Source of the DNA: an uncultured Gammaproteobacteria bacterium
Lineage (GTDB): Bacteria; Patescibacteriota; Patescibacteriia; VMEV01; CAZAJQ01
Direction of reading: 5' to 3'
DNA: 64,000 nucleotides
Assembly: GCA_964485795.1 (NCBI GenBank)
Contig: CAZAJQ010000002.1
Coordinates: 65,043 to 129,042 of the forward strand
A model generated the notes under the pieces. That model was given only the letters and a program-made list of their open reading frames with translations, did not search any database and had not been told where the DNA came from. Positions 48,495 to 57,149 of this stretch are shown in pieces (position 1 is the stretch's first letter; each line of letters begins with the position of its first letter). Both the position numbers and the translations under genes were made by a program.

Positions 48495-48857
48495 TTACTT
48501 GTTTATGGTCAAGCGTTTCAACCAGATTTTCTTTAATTTGTTCTTTGGCAGCATGGTATTGATAGCATGTTCCAAAACTTTTTTCGGATTATGCTCCATC
48601 AAAGAATCCATATGCTCCTCGATGATTCCGCCCGGATATCCGGTAAATCGATAATATTTTTTTTGCTCCAACTTTCGCCCTGAAGTGCGCATCTTTGAGA
48701 CGTTGTTGACGATCACAAAATGTCCCATATCGATATGGGGAGTGTAGTCAACGCGATTTTTCCCCCGTAAAAGTCGAACGATTTCCGAAGCCAATCTTCC
48801 CACGATTTTATCCGTGGCATCAAGCGTAATGGTTTTTCTTTCAAGAGTTGTATTCAT
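48495..48857 (-). CDS. rplM: 50S ribosomal protein L13
   Basis: DATDKIVGRLAS, YTPHIDMG, TGYPGG, MLPKN. Confidence 0.97.
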   Translation of the reverse strand: MNTTLERKTITLDATDKIVGRLASEIVRLLRGKNRVDYTPHIDMGHFVIVNNVSKMRTSGRKLEQKKYYRFTGYPGGIIEEHMDSLMEHNPKKVLEHAINTMLPKNKLKKIWLKRLTINK

Positions 48858-48866
48858 ATCCTCGCC

Positions 48867-49217
48867 TTATACAAATTGAATAACCGACACTTTCGCGGCA
48901 TCTCCGCGTCGCTGCCCCATATTCATGATTCTCGTATACCCGCCGTTTCTCTTCGCGTATCGCGGACCGATCACTTCCAGCATTTTCTTGACGGCATTTT
49001 TGTCGGTAAAAAATCGCAACAATTGTCTTCGAGTCGCGATATCGTTGCTTCGGCTCTTGGTCACATAACGCTCGATTATCGGACGAATCTCTTTTGCTTT
49101 CGCTCGAGTCGTTTTGATCTTTTCATACAAAACCAAGCTGGTCGCCAAATTTCGAAGAAGCATTTTGCGATGCGGAGTGGTGCGTTTGAGAATTCTGCCC
49201 TTATGAAGATGTTTCAT
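48867..49217 (-). CDS. rplQ: 50S ribosomal protein L17
   Basis: HRKMLLRNLATSL, IKTTRAKAKE, RNGGYTRI, RRGDAA. Confidence 0.98.
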   Translation of the reverse strand: MKHLHKGRILKRTTPHRKMLLRNLATSLVLYEKIKTTRAKAKEIRPIIERYVTKSRSNDIATRRQLLRFFTDKNAVKKMLEVIGPRYAKRNGGYTRIMNMGQRRGDAAKVSVIQFV

Positions 49218-49235
49218 AGACTTCGGTCAATGGAA

Positions 49236-50114
49236 TTATTCGGTTTTTTTCGGTCTTCCGCGTTTTTTCTTTTCTTGCGTGGATTCGTCGGCGATCGGTG
49301 ATTCTTCCTGCGCGCCGGCTGTCAATCCCGCTTCCGCGACTTCCACGACATGTTCATCGGCCGTTGACGGTTCGACGGCGACTTTCGCGCGGCGCTCCTC
49401 GTCTTGCTTTGCAAGCGCTTCTTTGAGATTGGATTTGGTCATGAGATGCAGGTGCATGATAAGGGTATCGGCCGCATAAGCGCATGCCTCTTCGGCCGTG
49501 ATCGTGCCGTCGGTTTCGACGGTCAAAATGAGCTTGTCAAAATTCGTCATCTCACCGACGCGAACGTTTTCAATCTTGTAGCCGACATTGACGAGAGGAA
49601 CAAAAATACTGTCAATATCGATCACTCCGACCTCTTCTCGATCGGTTCTCTGCTCCGTAGCATAGTAGCCAAAACCTTTTTTCACGAAAATATCCATTTC
49701 AATAGGCTTTTTTGCATCCGTCACCGTAAAAAGCGCAAAGTCCGTATTAATGATCTCAACAGCCGAATTTTTGTCTATTTGCCCGGCTTTCACGATCCCC
49801 TCTTCATCGACTTTCAGATGCAGTCGAATCTCTTCATCCGTGTTTTCAAAAATTTTCATGCGCAGCTTTTTGAATCGCAAAATTATCTCAATAGCATCTT
49901 CCAGCACCCCAGGTATCGTGGCAAATTCATGATCCACTCCCTTAATTTTTATGGCCGTAACCGCCGCTCCGGGAATCGACGACAAAAGTACGCGACGCAA
50001 AGTATTGCCAAGCGTTGTCCCATACCCAGGGAAAAGCGGCTCAAAAATAAGCTCCGACTTTTTGTCCGTAATGTTATGAAATTGAATTTTTTCAGGCAAT
50101 GGTATGGTTTTCAT
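49236..50114 (-). CDS. rpoA: RNA polymerase alpha subunit (NTD plus low-complexity tail; no alpha-CTD)
   Basis: EPLFPGYGTTLGNTLRRVLLSSIPG, HEFATIPGVLED, IDSIFVP, DKLILTVETDG. Confidence 0.96.
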   Translation of the reverse strand: MKTIPLPEKIQFHNITDKKSELIFEPLFPGYGTTLGNTLRRVLLSSIPGAAVTAIKIKGVDHEFATIPGVLEDAIEIILRFKKLRMKIFENTDEEIRLHLKVDEEGIVKAGQIDKNSAVEIINTDFALFTVTDAKKPIEMDIFVKKGFGYYATEQRTDREEVGVIDIDSIFVPLVNVGYKIENVRVGEMTNFDKLILTVETDGTITAEEACAYAADTLIMHLHLMTKSNLKEALAKQDEERRAKVAVEPSTADEHVVEVAEAGLTAGAQEESPIADESTQEKKKRGRPKKTE

Positions 50115-50183
50115 ATTTTTGATGATAAATTTTTACCTTTCGGCCGTACGCATTTATCATGTTAATGATGAATAAAAAAATGA

Positions 50184-50798
50184 TTATCTTGAATAAAATT
50201 CGACAACGGTTTTGACATTCGCCGTTTCCATCTGACTCGTCACATCCGGATCGGAAATGATTTTGCCTTCGAATTTTGCGGCATCAAGGTACAGCCACCC
50301 GGGTATGTTTTTGCCGGTCAAATCTTTTGCCAAATCACGGTACATCTTGGACTGCTTGCTTTTTTCGCGGATACTGATGATTTCTCCGGTTTTCACGCGA
50401 TATGAGGGGATATTTACTTTTTTGCCGTTCACAAGGATATGAGCGTGAGAAACTTTTTGCCTCGCTTCGGCGCGGGTTTTGGCGAACCCAAGTCGGTAAA
50501 TGACATTGTCCAGTCGACGCTCCAAAAACTGCAAAAGATACAAGCCCGTATCACCTCTCTTCACCCTCGCTTCCTTGTATGCCTTGATAAATTGCTTTTC
50601 TCGCAATCCATAGGAACGCTTCAGCCTTTGCTTGGTGCGAAATGCCGTCCCATATTCGGTCAATCTCGGCATACCCTTGGGGCCATGCATTCCCGGCGGA
50701 TATTTTCGTCGCGTCAAAACCTTTGCGCACGATTCATTGTCAAAAATCTTTACACCCTCTCGTCTGCAAATTTTTCCTTTGGTTAATTTTGATGGCAT
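50184..50798 (-). CDS. rpsD: 30S ribosomal protein S4
   Basis: YPPGMHG, YGLREKQF, LERRLDNVIYRLGFA, VNIPSY, VVEFYSR. Confidence 0.98.
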   Translation of the reverse strand: MPSKLTKGKICRREGVKIFDNESCAKVLTRRKYPPGMHGPKGMPRLTEYGTAFRTKQRLKRSYGLREKQFIKAYKEARVKRGDTGLYLLQFLERRLDNVIYRLGFAKTRAEARQKVSHAHILVNGKKVNIPSYRVKTGEIISIREKSKQSKMYRDLAKDLTGKNIPGWLYLDAAKFEGKIISDPDVTSQMETANVKTVVEFYSR

Positions 50799-50810
50799 AC
50801 GTGAATATAA

Positions 50811-51206
50811 TTATACTCTTCGAGGTCTCGGAGGACGGCATCCATTGTGCGGAATGGGGGTGATATCTTTGATCGTGATAACTTCCAATCCATTGGCGTT
50901 CAAGGCTCTGACCGCGGATTCTCTTCCCGTACCGACTCCTTTCAAAAATACGTCGACCTGCTTCATCTGATGAGAAATCTTTGCGGCGGCGTCCTTCACG
51001 ATCATTTGCGCCGCATAAGCCGTGGCTTTTTTGGGACCCTTGAACCCCATTTTCCCCGCGCTTGCCCATGACAGAACATTCCCCTTTTCATCCGTAAAGG
51101 TTACCAAGGTGTTGTTGTACGTGGCCTTGATATAGGCGCGACCTCGAGAAGGGATGGATACCTTTTTGCGTTTTTTCCGAGCTCCTTTTTCTTGGGCTAA
51201 AGCCAT
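50811..51206 (-). CDS. rpsK: 30S ribosomal protein S11
   Basis: [32 protein letters not shown]. Confidence 0.98.
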   Translation of the reverse strand: MALAQEKGARKKRKKVSIPSRGRAYIKATYNNTLVTFTDEKGNVLSWASAGKMGFKGPKKATAYAAQMIVKDAAAKISHQMKQVDVFLKGVGTGRESAVRALNANGLEVITIKDITPIPHNGCRPPRPRRV

Positions 51207-51224
51207 ATGCAATGTTTAGAAAAA

Positions 51225-51611
51225 TTATGTCTTCTGACCGGTAAGCTTGCGTCCGCTTCCCATGGTCTTGCGAACGTTTCCTCGGACGGTGCGGCTATTG
51301 GTCTTGGTTCTCTGCCCTCTCACCGGAAGACGCTTGGCATGACGAATGCCTCGATAGCAATTGATTTCGCGAAGCAAACGAATATTCAGAAGCTTTTGGC
51401 GACGAAGATCTCCTTCAACGACCATTTTTTTTACGGCATCACGAATGAGATTGACCTGATCGTCGGAAAGGCTTTTGGTGCGGATGCTTTTGTCGATCCC
51501 AAGATCATCCAAAATGCGTACCGACATTTTACGACCGATGCCATAAATGTACATGAGTGCGACCTCGATTCTTTTGTTATCCGGCAATGCCACTCCTGAG
51601 ATGCGTACCAT
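51225..51611 (-). CDS. rpsM: 30S ribosomal protein S13
   Basis: RISGV, IYGIG, YRGIRH…LPVRGQRTKTNSRT. Confidence 0.98.
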   Translation of the reverse strand: MVRISGVALPDNKRIEVALMYIYGIGRKMSVRILDDLGIDKSIRTKSLSDDQVNLIRDAVKKMVVEGDLRRQKLLNIRLLREINCYRGIRHAKRLPVRGQRTKTNSRTVRGNVRKTMGSGRKLTGQKT

Positions 51612-51646
51612 AAAAAAAATTTAATTCTCTAAAGAATACATTTGGA

Positions 51647-51763
51647 TTATCCCTGTCTCTGTTTATGCTTGGCGATTTTTTTACAAATCACCACCACTCG
51701 CCCTTTGCGTCTGGTGATGATGCAATCCTTGCAGATTTTTTTGACCGATGCTCTGACTTTCAT
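51647..51763 (-). CDS. rpmJ: 50S ribosomal protein L36 (zinc-binding form; absent from ORF track)
   Basis: [38 protein letters not shown]. Confidence 0.97.
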   Translation of the reverse strand: MKVRASVKKICKDCIITRRKGRVVVICKKIAKHKQRQG

Positions 51764-51800
51764 AAACCAAAAGTTCGTAAGATAATTTTATCTGAAACCA

Positions 51801-52019
51801 TCAATATCGATAGACGATTCTTCCCTTGGTAAGATCATAGGGACTGAACTCGATCTTTACTTTGTCCCCGGGCATGACTTTGATCTTGTGCATGCGAATC
51901 TTCCCCGACAGATGCGCTAAAATCGTATGACCGTTTTCCATGGTCACGCGAAACCGCGCTGCGGGTAAAGCTTCAAAAACGGTACCGTCCATGGTAAGGA
52001 CTTCTTTACCCTGCGTCAT
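51801..52019 (-). CDS. infA: Translation initiation factor IF-1
   Basis: [34 protein letters not shown]. Confidence 0.98.
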   Translation of the reverse strand: MTQGKEVLTMDGTVFEALPAARFRVTMENGHTILAHLSGKIRMHKIKVMPGDKVKIEFSPYDLTKGRIVYRY

Positions 52020-52227
52020 AGCTGAATACCTTCAAAGAAAAAAAATGAATCATGCAGAGAATCAATAAAAAATATGGATATACCTCTGATACCCACATTT
52101 GATCTTTTGGCTGAAAATCGTACTTTTTTGAACATTAATGATAGTATACGGGTTCAAAAAGAAAAGTCAAGGATTGCGCTGCCGTATCGAGCAGCTCAAT
52201 GTCTTCGAAGCACAAAAAATCAATAAA

Positions 52228-52275
52228 TAAACCTCCTTTCTCGACTTGCTATGAAACAAGTGAAAAAAGAGGTTT
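52228..52275 (-). terminator. Hairpin after the HD-domain gene
   Basis: AAACCTC…ACTTG-loop-CAAGT…GAGGTTT long imperfect stem. Confidence 0.5.
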
Positions 52276-52290
52276 AAACGTGATACGCCC

Positions 52291-53580
52291 TCAGCTTTTT
52301 AAGAGTCGTATCCTCATATTTCTGTAGTTGACCATGAAATCGACTATCCATGGGAGTTTCATAAACTCATCACGCTTACTCAATGTATCCCATAAAAGAT
52401 CGAAAACTTTGATGAAATGCTTTTGGCCGTGATTCGCCTGATAGAGACAGTACATGACCGCCATCATCTCCTCCACGGATTTAAAAACGGTCCAGGAAAA
52501 ACCATCCTTTTTATTCTTCGCCCCTTTTACCGACAATCCGTACAGCTCAGTTATTCTCGAAATAAAATGGATAGGTATGAACTGAGACAGTGGCTTGATA
52601 TATTTTTCTTGAAACATTGCCTCATCTTCAGCTTTCCATTTTTTTCCGAATGAACCTTTTTTCTGATAGGAAGCCATATCTCCCAAAAATATTTCTCCCA
52701 TATCATGAATGAGGGACATCAATACATAGTCTCGAGGCTCTATTCTCCGATAATGAGGAGAAAGGATGGAGAATCCTGCTCTGCAAAGTTTGATGATATG
52801 CTCCAGAACAGTTTCATAATTTCCATAAACTTCTCCGTTGGCTCTGCTGATCCAGCGGTTAATCCCGTCGAGCGAAAAAATGGCATCAAGAAAAAAAATG
52901 GCATGATCATCGTTCATAGACCCTGAAAAAAAAATTTGCCAATACTTCTTTTTTGATAACGCCTCTTTGCATTTTTTAAATTGGAGTTGGCAAAAAAAAC
53001 TTCCCCAGGCTGCTTTTTTTGCATCGATTGCCATGGACACTTGTACACGCCAGTACAACCAGTCGCAAATCATGATGCAATCATTGATCAATTCGGATCC
53101 CTGTTCTCGAGTCAAATTCAAAGAATCTTTTACAAACCGCGTGTCCCGGCTGTCCAAATAGGGAACCTTCAAATCAAATACATGCTTTGACTCTTGAGCG
53201 TACAGCTTGAAAATTTCCACTTGCAAATCATAGTGATTCAAAGCCAAACTGGTTACATCTCCCATCCGATGCCATATCAGATCTCGAAAAAGAATATGGG
53301 AAAACAGCCGCGCCTCCAAACTTTCAGCTCCTTCCGACATATCCATTCCATAGATATCGCAGAGTTCCTCATATGTCTTTTCGTGCAGCATGGCGCAGAG
53401 AATAAACAATCGCAAATACGCCTGATGAAGCCCCGTGAACTTTTTTGGAGGAAAATAGAAAGCACACTTGTACGGCTCATACTCACGAAGTATTTTGCAC
53501 ATCCACGCGTCAAACTCCAGATGCTGCTTTAATGTTTGAGTCGATACTTTCTTTCCCGTTTTTGGAGATTTTTCTTTCAT
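52291..53580 (-). CDS. HD-domain protein (YfbR-like C-terminal domain, possible degenerate second HD copy)
   Basis: GINRW…ETVLEH…LIHDMGEIFLGD…K…E; SD AAGGA before ATG 53580; promoter TTGACT-N17-TAATGT at 53650-53678. Confidence 0.7.
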   Translation of the reverse strand: MKEKSPKTGKKVSTQTLKQHLEFDAWMCKILREYEPYKCAFYFPPKKFTGLHQAYLRLFILCAMLHEKTYEELCDIYGMDMSEGAESLEARLFSHILFRDLIWHRMGDVTSLALNHYDLQVEIFKLYAQESKHVFDLKVPYLDSRDTRFVKDSLNLTREQGSELINDCIMICDWLYWRVQVSMAIDAKKAAWGSFFCQLQFKKCKEALSKKKYWQIFFSGSMNDDHAIFFLDAIFSLDGINRWISRANGEVYGNYETVLEHIIKLCRAGFSILSPHYRRIEPRDYVLMSLIHDMGEIFLGDMASYQKKGSFGKKWKAEDEAMFQEKYIKPLSQFIPIHFISRITELYGLSVKGAKNKKDGFSWTVFKSVEEMMAVMYCLYQANHGQKHFIKVFDLLWDTLSKRDEFMKLPWIVDFMVNYRNMRIRLLKS

Positions 53581-53689
53581 ACAAAAGTCCTTTCCATTCA
53601 AATAAAAATAACAAAAAACATGCCACGACATCCGTATCATAGCATCCATACATTAGTAAATCTCATCACGAAAGTCAAAAATAAGAAAT

Positions 53690-53735
53690 AAAAAAGCCTC
53701 CCTTGTATCGTTTCTTGTTACAACACGCGGGAGGC
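53690..53735 (-). terminator. Intrinsic terminator after the ACP-like gene
   Basis: Minus strand GCCTCCC…GGGAGGC followed by TTTTT. Confidence 0.65.
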
Positions 53736-53752
53736 AATATTCCTGTTTTAAA

Positions 53753-54001
53753 TTACACGGGACTGTGCTTCTTGAGAAGCACTTCAATCATGGTGACTAG
53801 GTCGCCGATGGTTTCTCTGGGCCCTTCATAACTATGGGTTTTTACATTGAATAAATCTTCTATTCGGTTATAAAGAACCAGATAACCAATCTCATCAAAC
53901 CATCCACTCAGTGGGGTACTTTCCATGATAAGTTCCCCGGGAATGGGCGTGTCTTCGAATAGAATTGTTGCTAATGTAGTAAAAATTTCAGCTCGGTTCA
54001 C
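53753..54001 (-). CDS. Acyl carrier protein-like protein lacking the phosphopantetheine serine
   Basis: 82 aa, acidic; IFTTLATIL…STPL…FDEIG…IEDLFNV…TIGDLVTMIE matches the ACP helix pattern, with DSL changed to DEI. Confidence 0.65.
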   Translation of the reverse strand: MNRAEIFTTLATILFEDTPIPGELIMESTPLSGWFDEIGYLVLYNRIEDLFNVKTHSYEGPRETIGDLVTMIEVLLKKHSPV

Positions 54002-54185
54002 TCTTTTTTATCCTTTCATAAAAAAGCAGTCCATATCCTAAAACTTTTTTTAAGGTTTCACTAAACCCCTTTTTCTTACATGCTCATGTCCTTTGAGGTT
54101 TTCAGAGTTTTTTTCGTTGGCCTCCTTCATCTGAAAAAACCTACCTTTCTTTATTTCTTTATCAAAACAACGAACAAAACAACAA

Positions 54186-54214
54186 ATAGTATCCACTCCA
54201 AGCTCGGAAGTCAA
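54186..54214 (-). promoter_or_regulatory. sigma70-like promoter of the ACP-like unit (about 180-nt leader)
   Basis: TTGACT-N17-TACTAT. Confidence 0.6.
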
Positions 54215-54262
54215 GCTATCGCATTGAATCCCCCCTTGGTATACAAACGACTTCTTGTCATT

Positions 54263-55384
54263 CTATCCTCCCGCCAAATTCACGAAAAACCCGAAAATTC
54301 TGCCTCCATATCTCTGGATATCCTGAAACGTCACCACCACCATCAGAGTTATCAGAAGCGCAAAGCCGATGCCGTGGGCGATATTTTCAAATCGCATGCT
54401 CAGCGACCTTCCTCCGCGAAGAAGCTCAAAAAACAGAAAGAGAATACGCCCCCCATCAAGAGCCGGAAAAGGAAGAATATTCACAATCGCAAGGTTCAAA
54501 GAAAGAAAAGCCGAGAATTGCAAAAGCTGCACAAAACCTCGCTCCACGACCTCGCCGGTCAAAACCGCAATGCCTATGGGGCCAGTCACTTCAAAGTCAA
54601 CCTTTTCACGCTGAATAAACTTCACGACCAATCCCGCGAGCGCCTTTCCCACCTCCCATGTAATCACGGCCGTTTCAGAAAAACCTTTCACTGCAGCATT
54701 CAAAGGAGCATAAGAGACGATCCCGATATGCGCCAATTCGATGCCGAGAATATTTTTTTGATAATCATCATTCCATTCGGTTTTCACCCAAAAATTCAAT
54801 ATTTCCTGCTTCCGTTGCAAAGCCAGACTGATTTCGCGATCTTCTCCCTCTCTCAAAATTGCATTGAACTCATCGGTATTCTTGACGGGTCGATAATTGA
54901 CGCTCAAAATGCGATCATGGGAAAGAATTCCAGCTTCATATGCGGGGCTTTTTTCAAGAACGGAAACGATTTCCACACGGCTGTCGGAAATCATGGCCGC
55001 GGAATCATCGGAAACCCGATCCAATGGCATGGTGACGCCCATCATGAATGTCACGGACAAAAGTACGCCCGCCAAAATCATATTCATGATCACTCCGGCG
55101 CTCAGAATATATGCGCGCGCCAGGATGCTTTTGTTTGAAAAACTGCTCGGGTTTTCCCGATCTTCGCCGGTTTCGCCTTTGATTTTCACAAACCCTCCCA
55201 AAGGAATCCAGTTGACTGAATACAAGGTATCGCCTTTTCGATACGAAAAAATCCGCGGTGGAAATCCGATCGCAAATTCATCAACCTGCACGCCCATGTG
55301 CTTGGCGGCCATAAAATGACCGAGCTCGTGGACAAACACGAGCAATGCAAGGACGGCTATGAATGCAAGTATGGTGGATATCAT
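54263..55384 (-). CDS. rseP: RIP metalloprotease RseP (M50, PDZ)
   Basis: VHELGH, FAIGFPP, IPLGGFV, AGVIMN, NILPFPALDGG. Confidence 0.96.
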   Translation of the reverse strand: MISTILAFIAVLALLVFVHELGHFMAAKHMGVQVDEFAIGFPPRIFSYRKGDTLYSVNWIPLGGFVKIKGETGEDRENPSSFSNKSILARAYILSAGVIMNMILAGVLLSVTFMMGVTMPLDRVSDDSAAMISDSRVEIVSVLEKSPAYEAGILSHDRILSVNYRPVKNTDEFNAILREGEDREISLALQRKQEILNFWVKTEWNDDYQKNILGIELAHIGIVSYAPLNAAVKGFSETAVITWEVGKALAGLVVKFIQREKVDFEVTGPIGIAVLTGEVVERGFVQLLQFSAFLSLNLAIVNILPFPALDGGRILFLFFELLRGGRSLSMRFENIAHGIGFALLITLMVVVTFQDIQRYGGRIFGFFVNLAGG

Positions 55385-55396
55385 GAAACAATGGGG

Positions 55397-55951
55397 TTAT
55401 ATTTCCCGCAACTCGGTCGATTTTTTCTCTGCCAATTCACGAATTTTTTCATTATATTCGCCGCAAAACATATCCAGCTCTTTCAAATATCGAAATTTAT
55501 CGTCTTCGGTGATATCTTTCCCCTTTTCGGCTTCCAATATCGTTTCGCGAGCCTTGTCCCTCGCCTGTCGAACCTTGATTTTTGCATCTTCGACTTTTTC
55601 ACCGAGCTTTTTTATCAGCTCATTTCTTCGCTCCTCGGTAAGCGGAACCATTCCGATCCGAATCATATTCCCTTCATTGACCGGCGAAAATCCAAGATTC
55701 GCGGCGGCGATGCTCCTTTCAATATCTTTAATCACGGACTTGTCCCAAGGCTCGATGGCGATCGTTTTCGGATCCGGCGCTGAAATACTCGCCAATTGCT
55801 TGAGCGGGCTTCGCATGCCATAGGCTTCGATACTGATGTCTTCGACCATCGCGGGATTGGCCCTGCCGGTACGAATCGTCACAATGTCTTTTTTGAAATA
55901 CTCGATAATGCCGTCAAATTGAGGTTTGTGTTCGAATACAAATGGATTCAT
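55397..55951 (-). CDS. frr: Ribosome recycling factor
   Basis: IRTGRANP, PLKQLASI, IEPWDK, PLTEERR; ATG 55951 preferred. Confidence 0.96.
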   Translation of the reverse strand: MNPFVFEHKPQFDGIIEYFKKDIVTIRTGRANPAMVEDISIEAYGMRSPLKQLASISAPDPKTIAIEPWDKSVIKDIERSIAAANLGFSPVNEGNMIRIGMVPLTEERRNELIKKLGEKVEDAKIKVRQARDKARETILEAEKGKDITEDDKFRYLKELDMFCGEYNEKIRELAEKKSTELREI

Positions 55952-56120
55952 AGGAGAGTACGTTATCCAAAAATTATGAGGTTGCCGATCTATTACAAAA
56001 TATCGTCGGAATATCTGCACGGCGTAATAGGCTTGCTTTACTACCGCATGTGGCTTCAATATCTTTCATAATTTTCCGTTCATTGTCAATGATTCGGAAA
56101 CGCTCCATGTGATGAAAGTT

Positions 56121-57149
56121 TTAAAGCGGCGATATGGCACCCAGATAGAGGGTATTGAAATCTTTGGGATCGATCAATATCGGATGCCCGACACGCTTCG
56201 TGGGAAGAGGTGCGGTGCTCCATGTCTTGCCGCCATCAATCGAATGATAAAAATTCGTCAGCGTCGAGTAGTATATCTCATCGGAATTTTTGGGATTCAC
56301 GGACACGCTGAAAATGAACACTTTCCCTATTTCGGACAAAAGAGGAATATTCACCCAATTTTTACCGCCATCGGTGCTTCGGAAGAGGCCGTAATTGGAA
56401 GCATAGAGTATTCCGTCTTTTTGATTCGCATCCGGCTGCATATCGCGATAAATCCACGCTTCAAAAAGCCCTTCCAAACTCTGGCTGACATTGTCCCATG
56501 TCTCACCGGCATTGGAGCTGCGATAGATGCCGCGCTCGGTGAGAGCAACATAGATGATGCGAGTGTCACGCTCGTTGATGACGATACGCTCGATCTTGTC
56601 CAAAAATTTTTGCAAAAGCCTCCAGCTTTTCCCGCCGTCTTCGCTAGCGAGCAAACTGCCGTTTGAAAGCGACGCATACACTTTTTCCGGATTGTACCCG
56701 TCAATCTGAAAATCCGTCACCAAATCCTGATTCGTATCCGTATAGAGAAGCTCCCATGCATTCCCGCCATCCTTGGTTTTGAATATCTTCCAATCTATGG
56801 CCGTATAAATCACCTTGCTGTCTTTGGGATGAACCTTGATCGTTTGCACTCTGCCTTTATTCGTGAAAAAGGGTATCCACGTTTCACCGCCGTCTTTTGT
56901 CAGAAAGGCTCCGTCTTCGCGCGACCCCAGATAGATGATCTTGCTATCCTGCGGGTCAAACTGCATCGTGACCACATTCACCTTGTCAATCGCTAGAGTT
57001 TTGCGTCCTTGCTTGCCTATGAAAACCTTTTGCTCCCATTTCCCCCCCTTGTTTGAACTTCGAAAAACACCGCCGTCCTGCGTCTTTTGCACGGTAATGC
57101 AACCCGTCAACAAAAAGGTGCATAAGAAAAGAAAACATATTTTTTTCAT
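56121..57149 (-). CDS. BNR/Asp-box beta-propeller lipoprotein (YCF48/VPS10-like)
   Basis: Lipobox LLTG|C; repeated S/TxDGGxxW motifs. Confidence 0.85.
   Translation of the reverse strand: MKKICFLFLCTFLLTGCITVQKTQDGGVFRSSNKGGKWEQKVFIGKQGRKTLAIDKVNVVTMQFDPQDSKIIYLGSREDGAFLTKDGGETWIPFFTNKGRVQTIKVHPKDSKVIYTAIDWKIFKTKDGGNAWELLYTDTNQDLVTDFQIDGYNPEKVYASLSNGSLLASEDGGKSWRLLQKFLDKIERIVINERDTRIIYVALTERGIYRSSNAGETWDNVSQSLEGLFEAWIYRDMQPDANQKDGILYASNYGLFRSTDGGKNWVNIPLLSEIGKVFIFSVSVNPKNSDEIYYSTLTNFYHSIDGGKTWSTAPLPTKRVGHPILIDPKDFNTLYLGAISPL

Noticed and set aside
54080-55138. 352-aa plus-strand ORF containing HHHH
   Set aside because: It is antisense to rseP; the His run mirrors Val codons.
56121-57149. 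Repeated DNA motifs as a possible CRISPR or tandem array
   Set aside because: They are coding Asp-box repeats of a beta-propeller, not identical spaced repeats.
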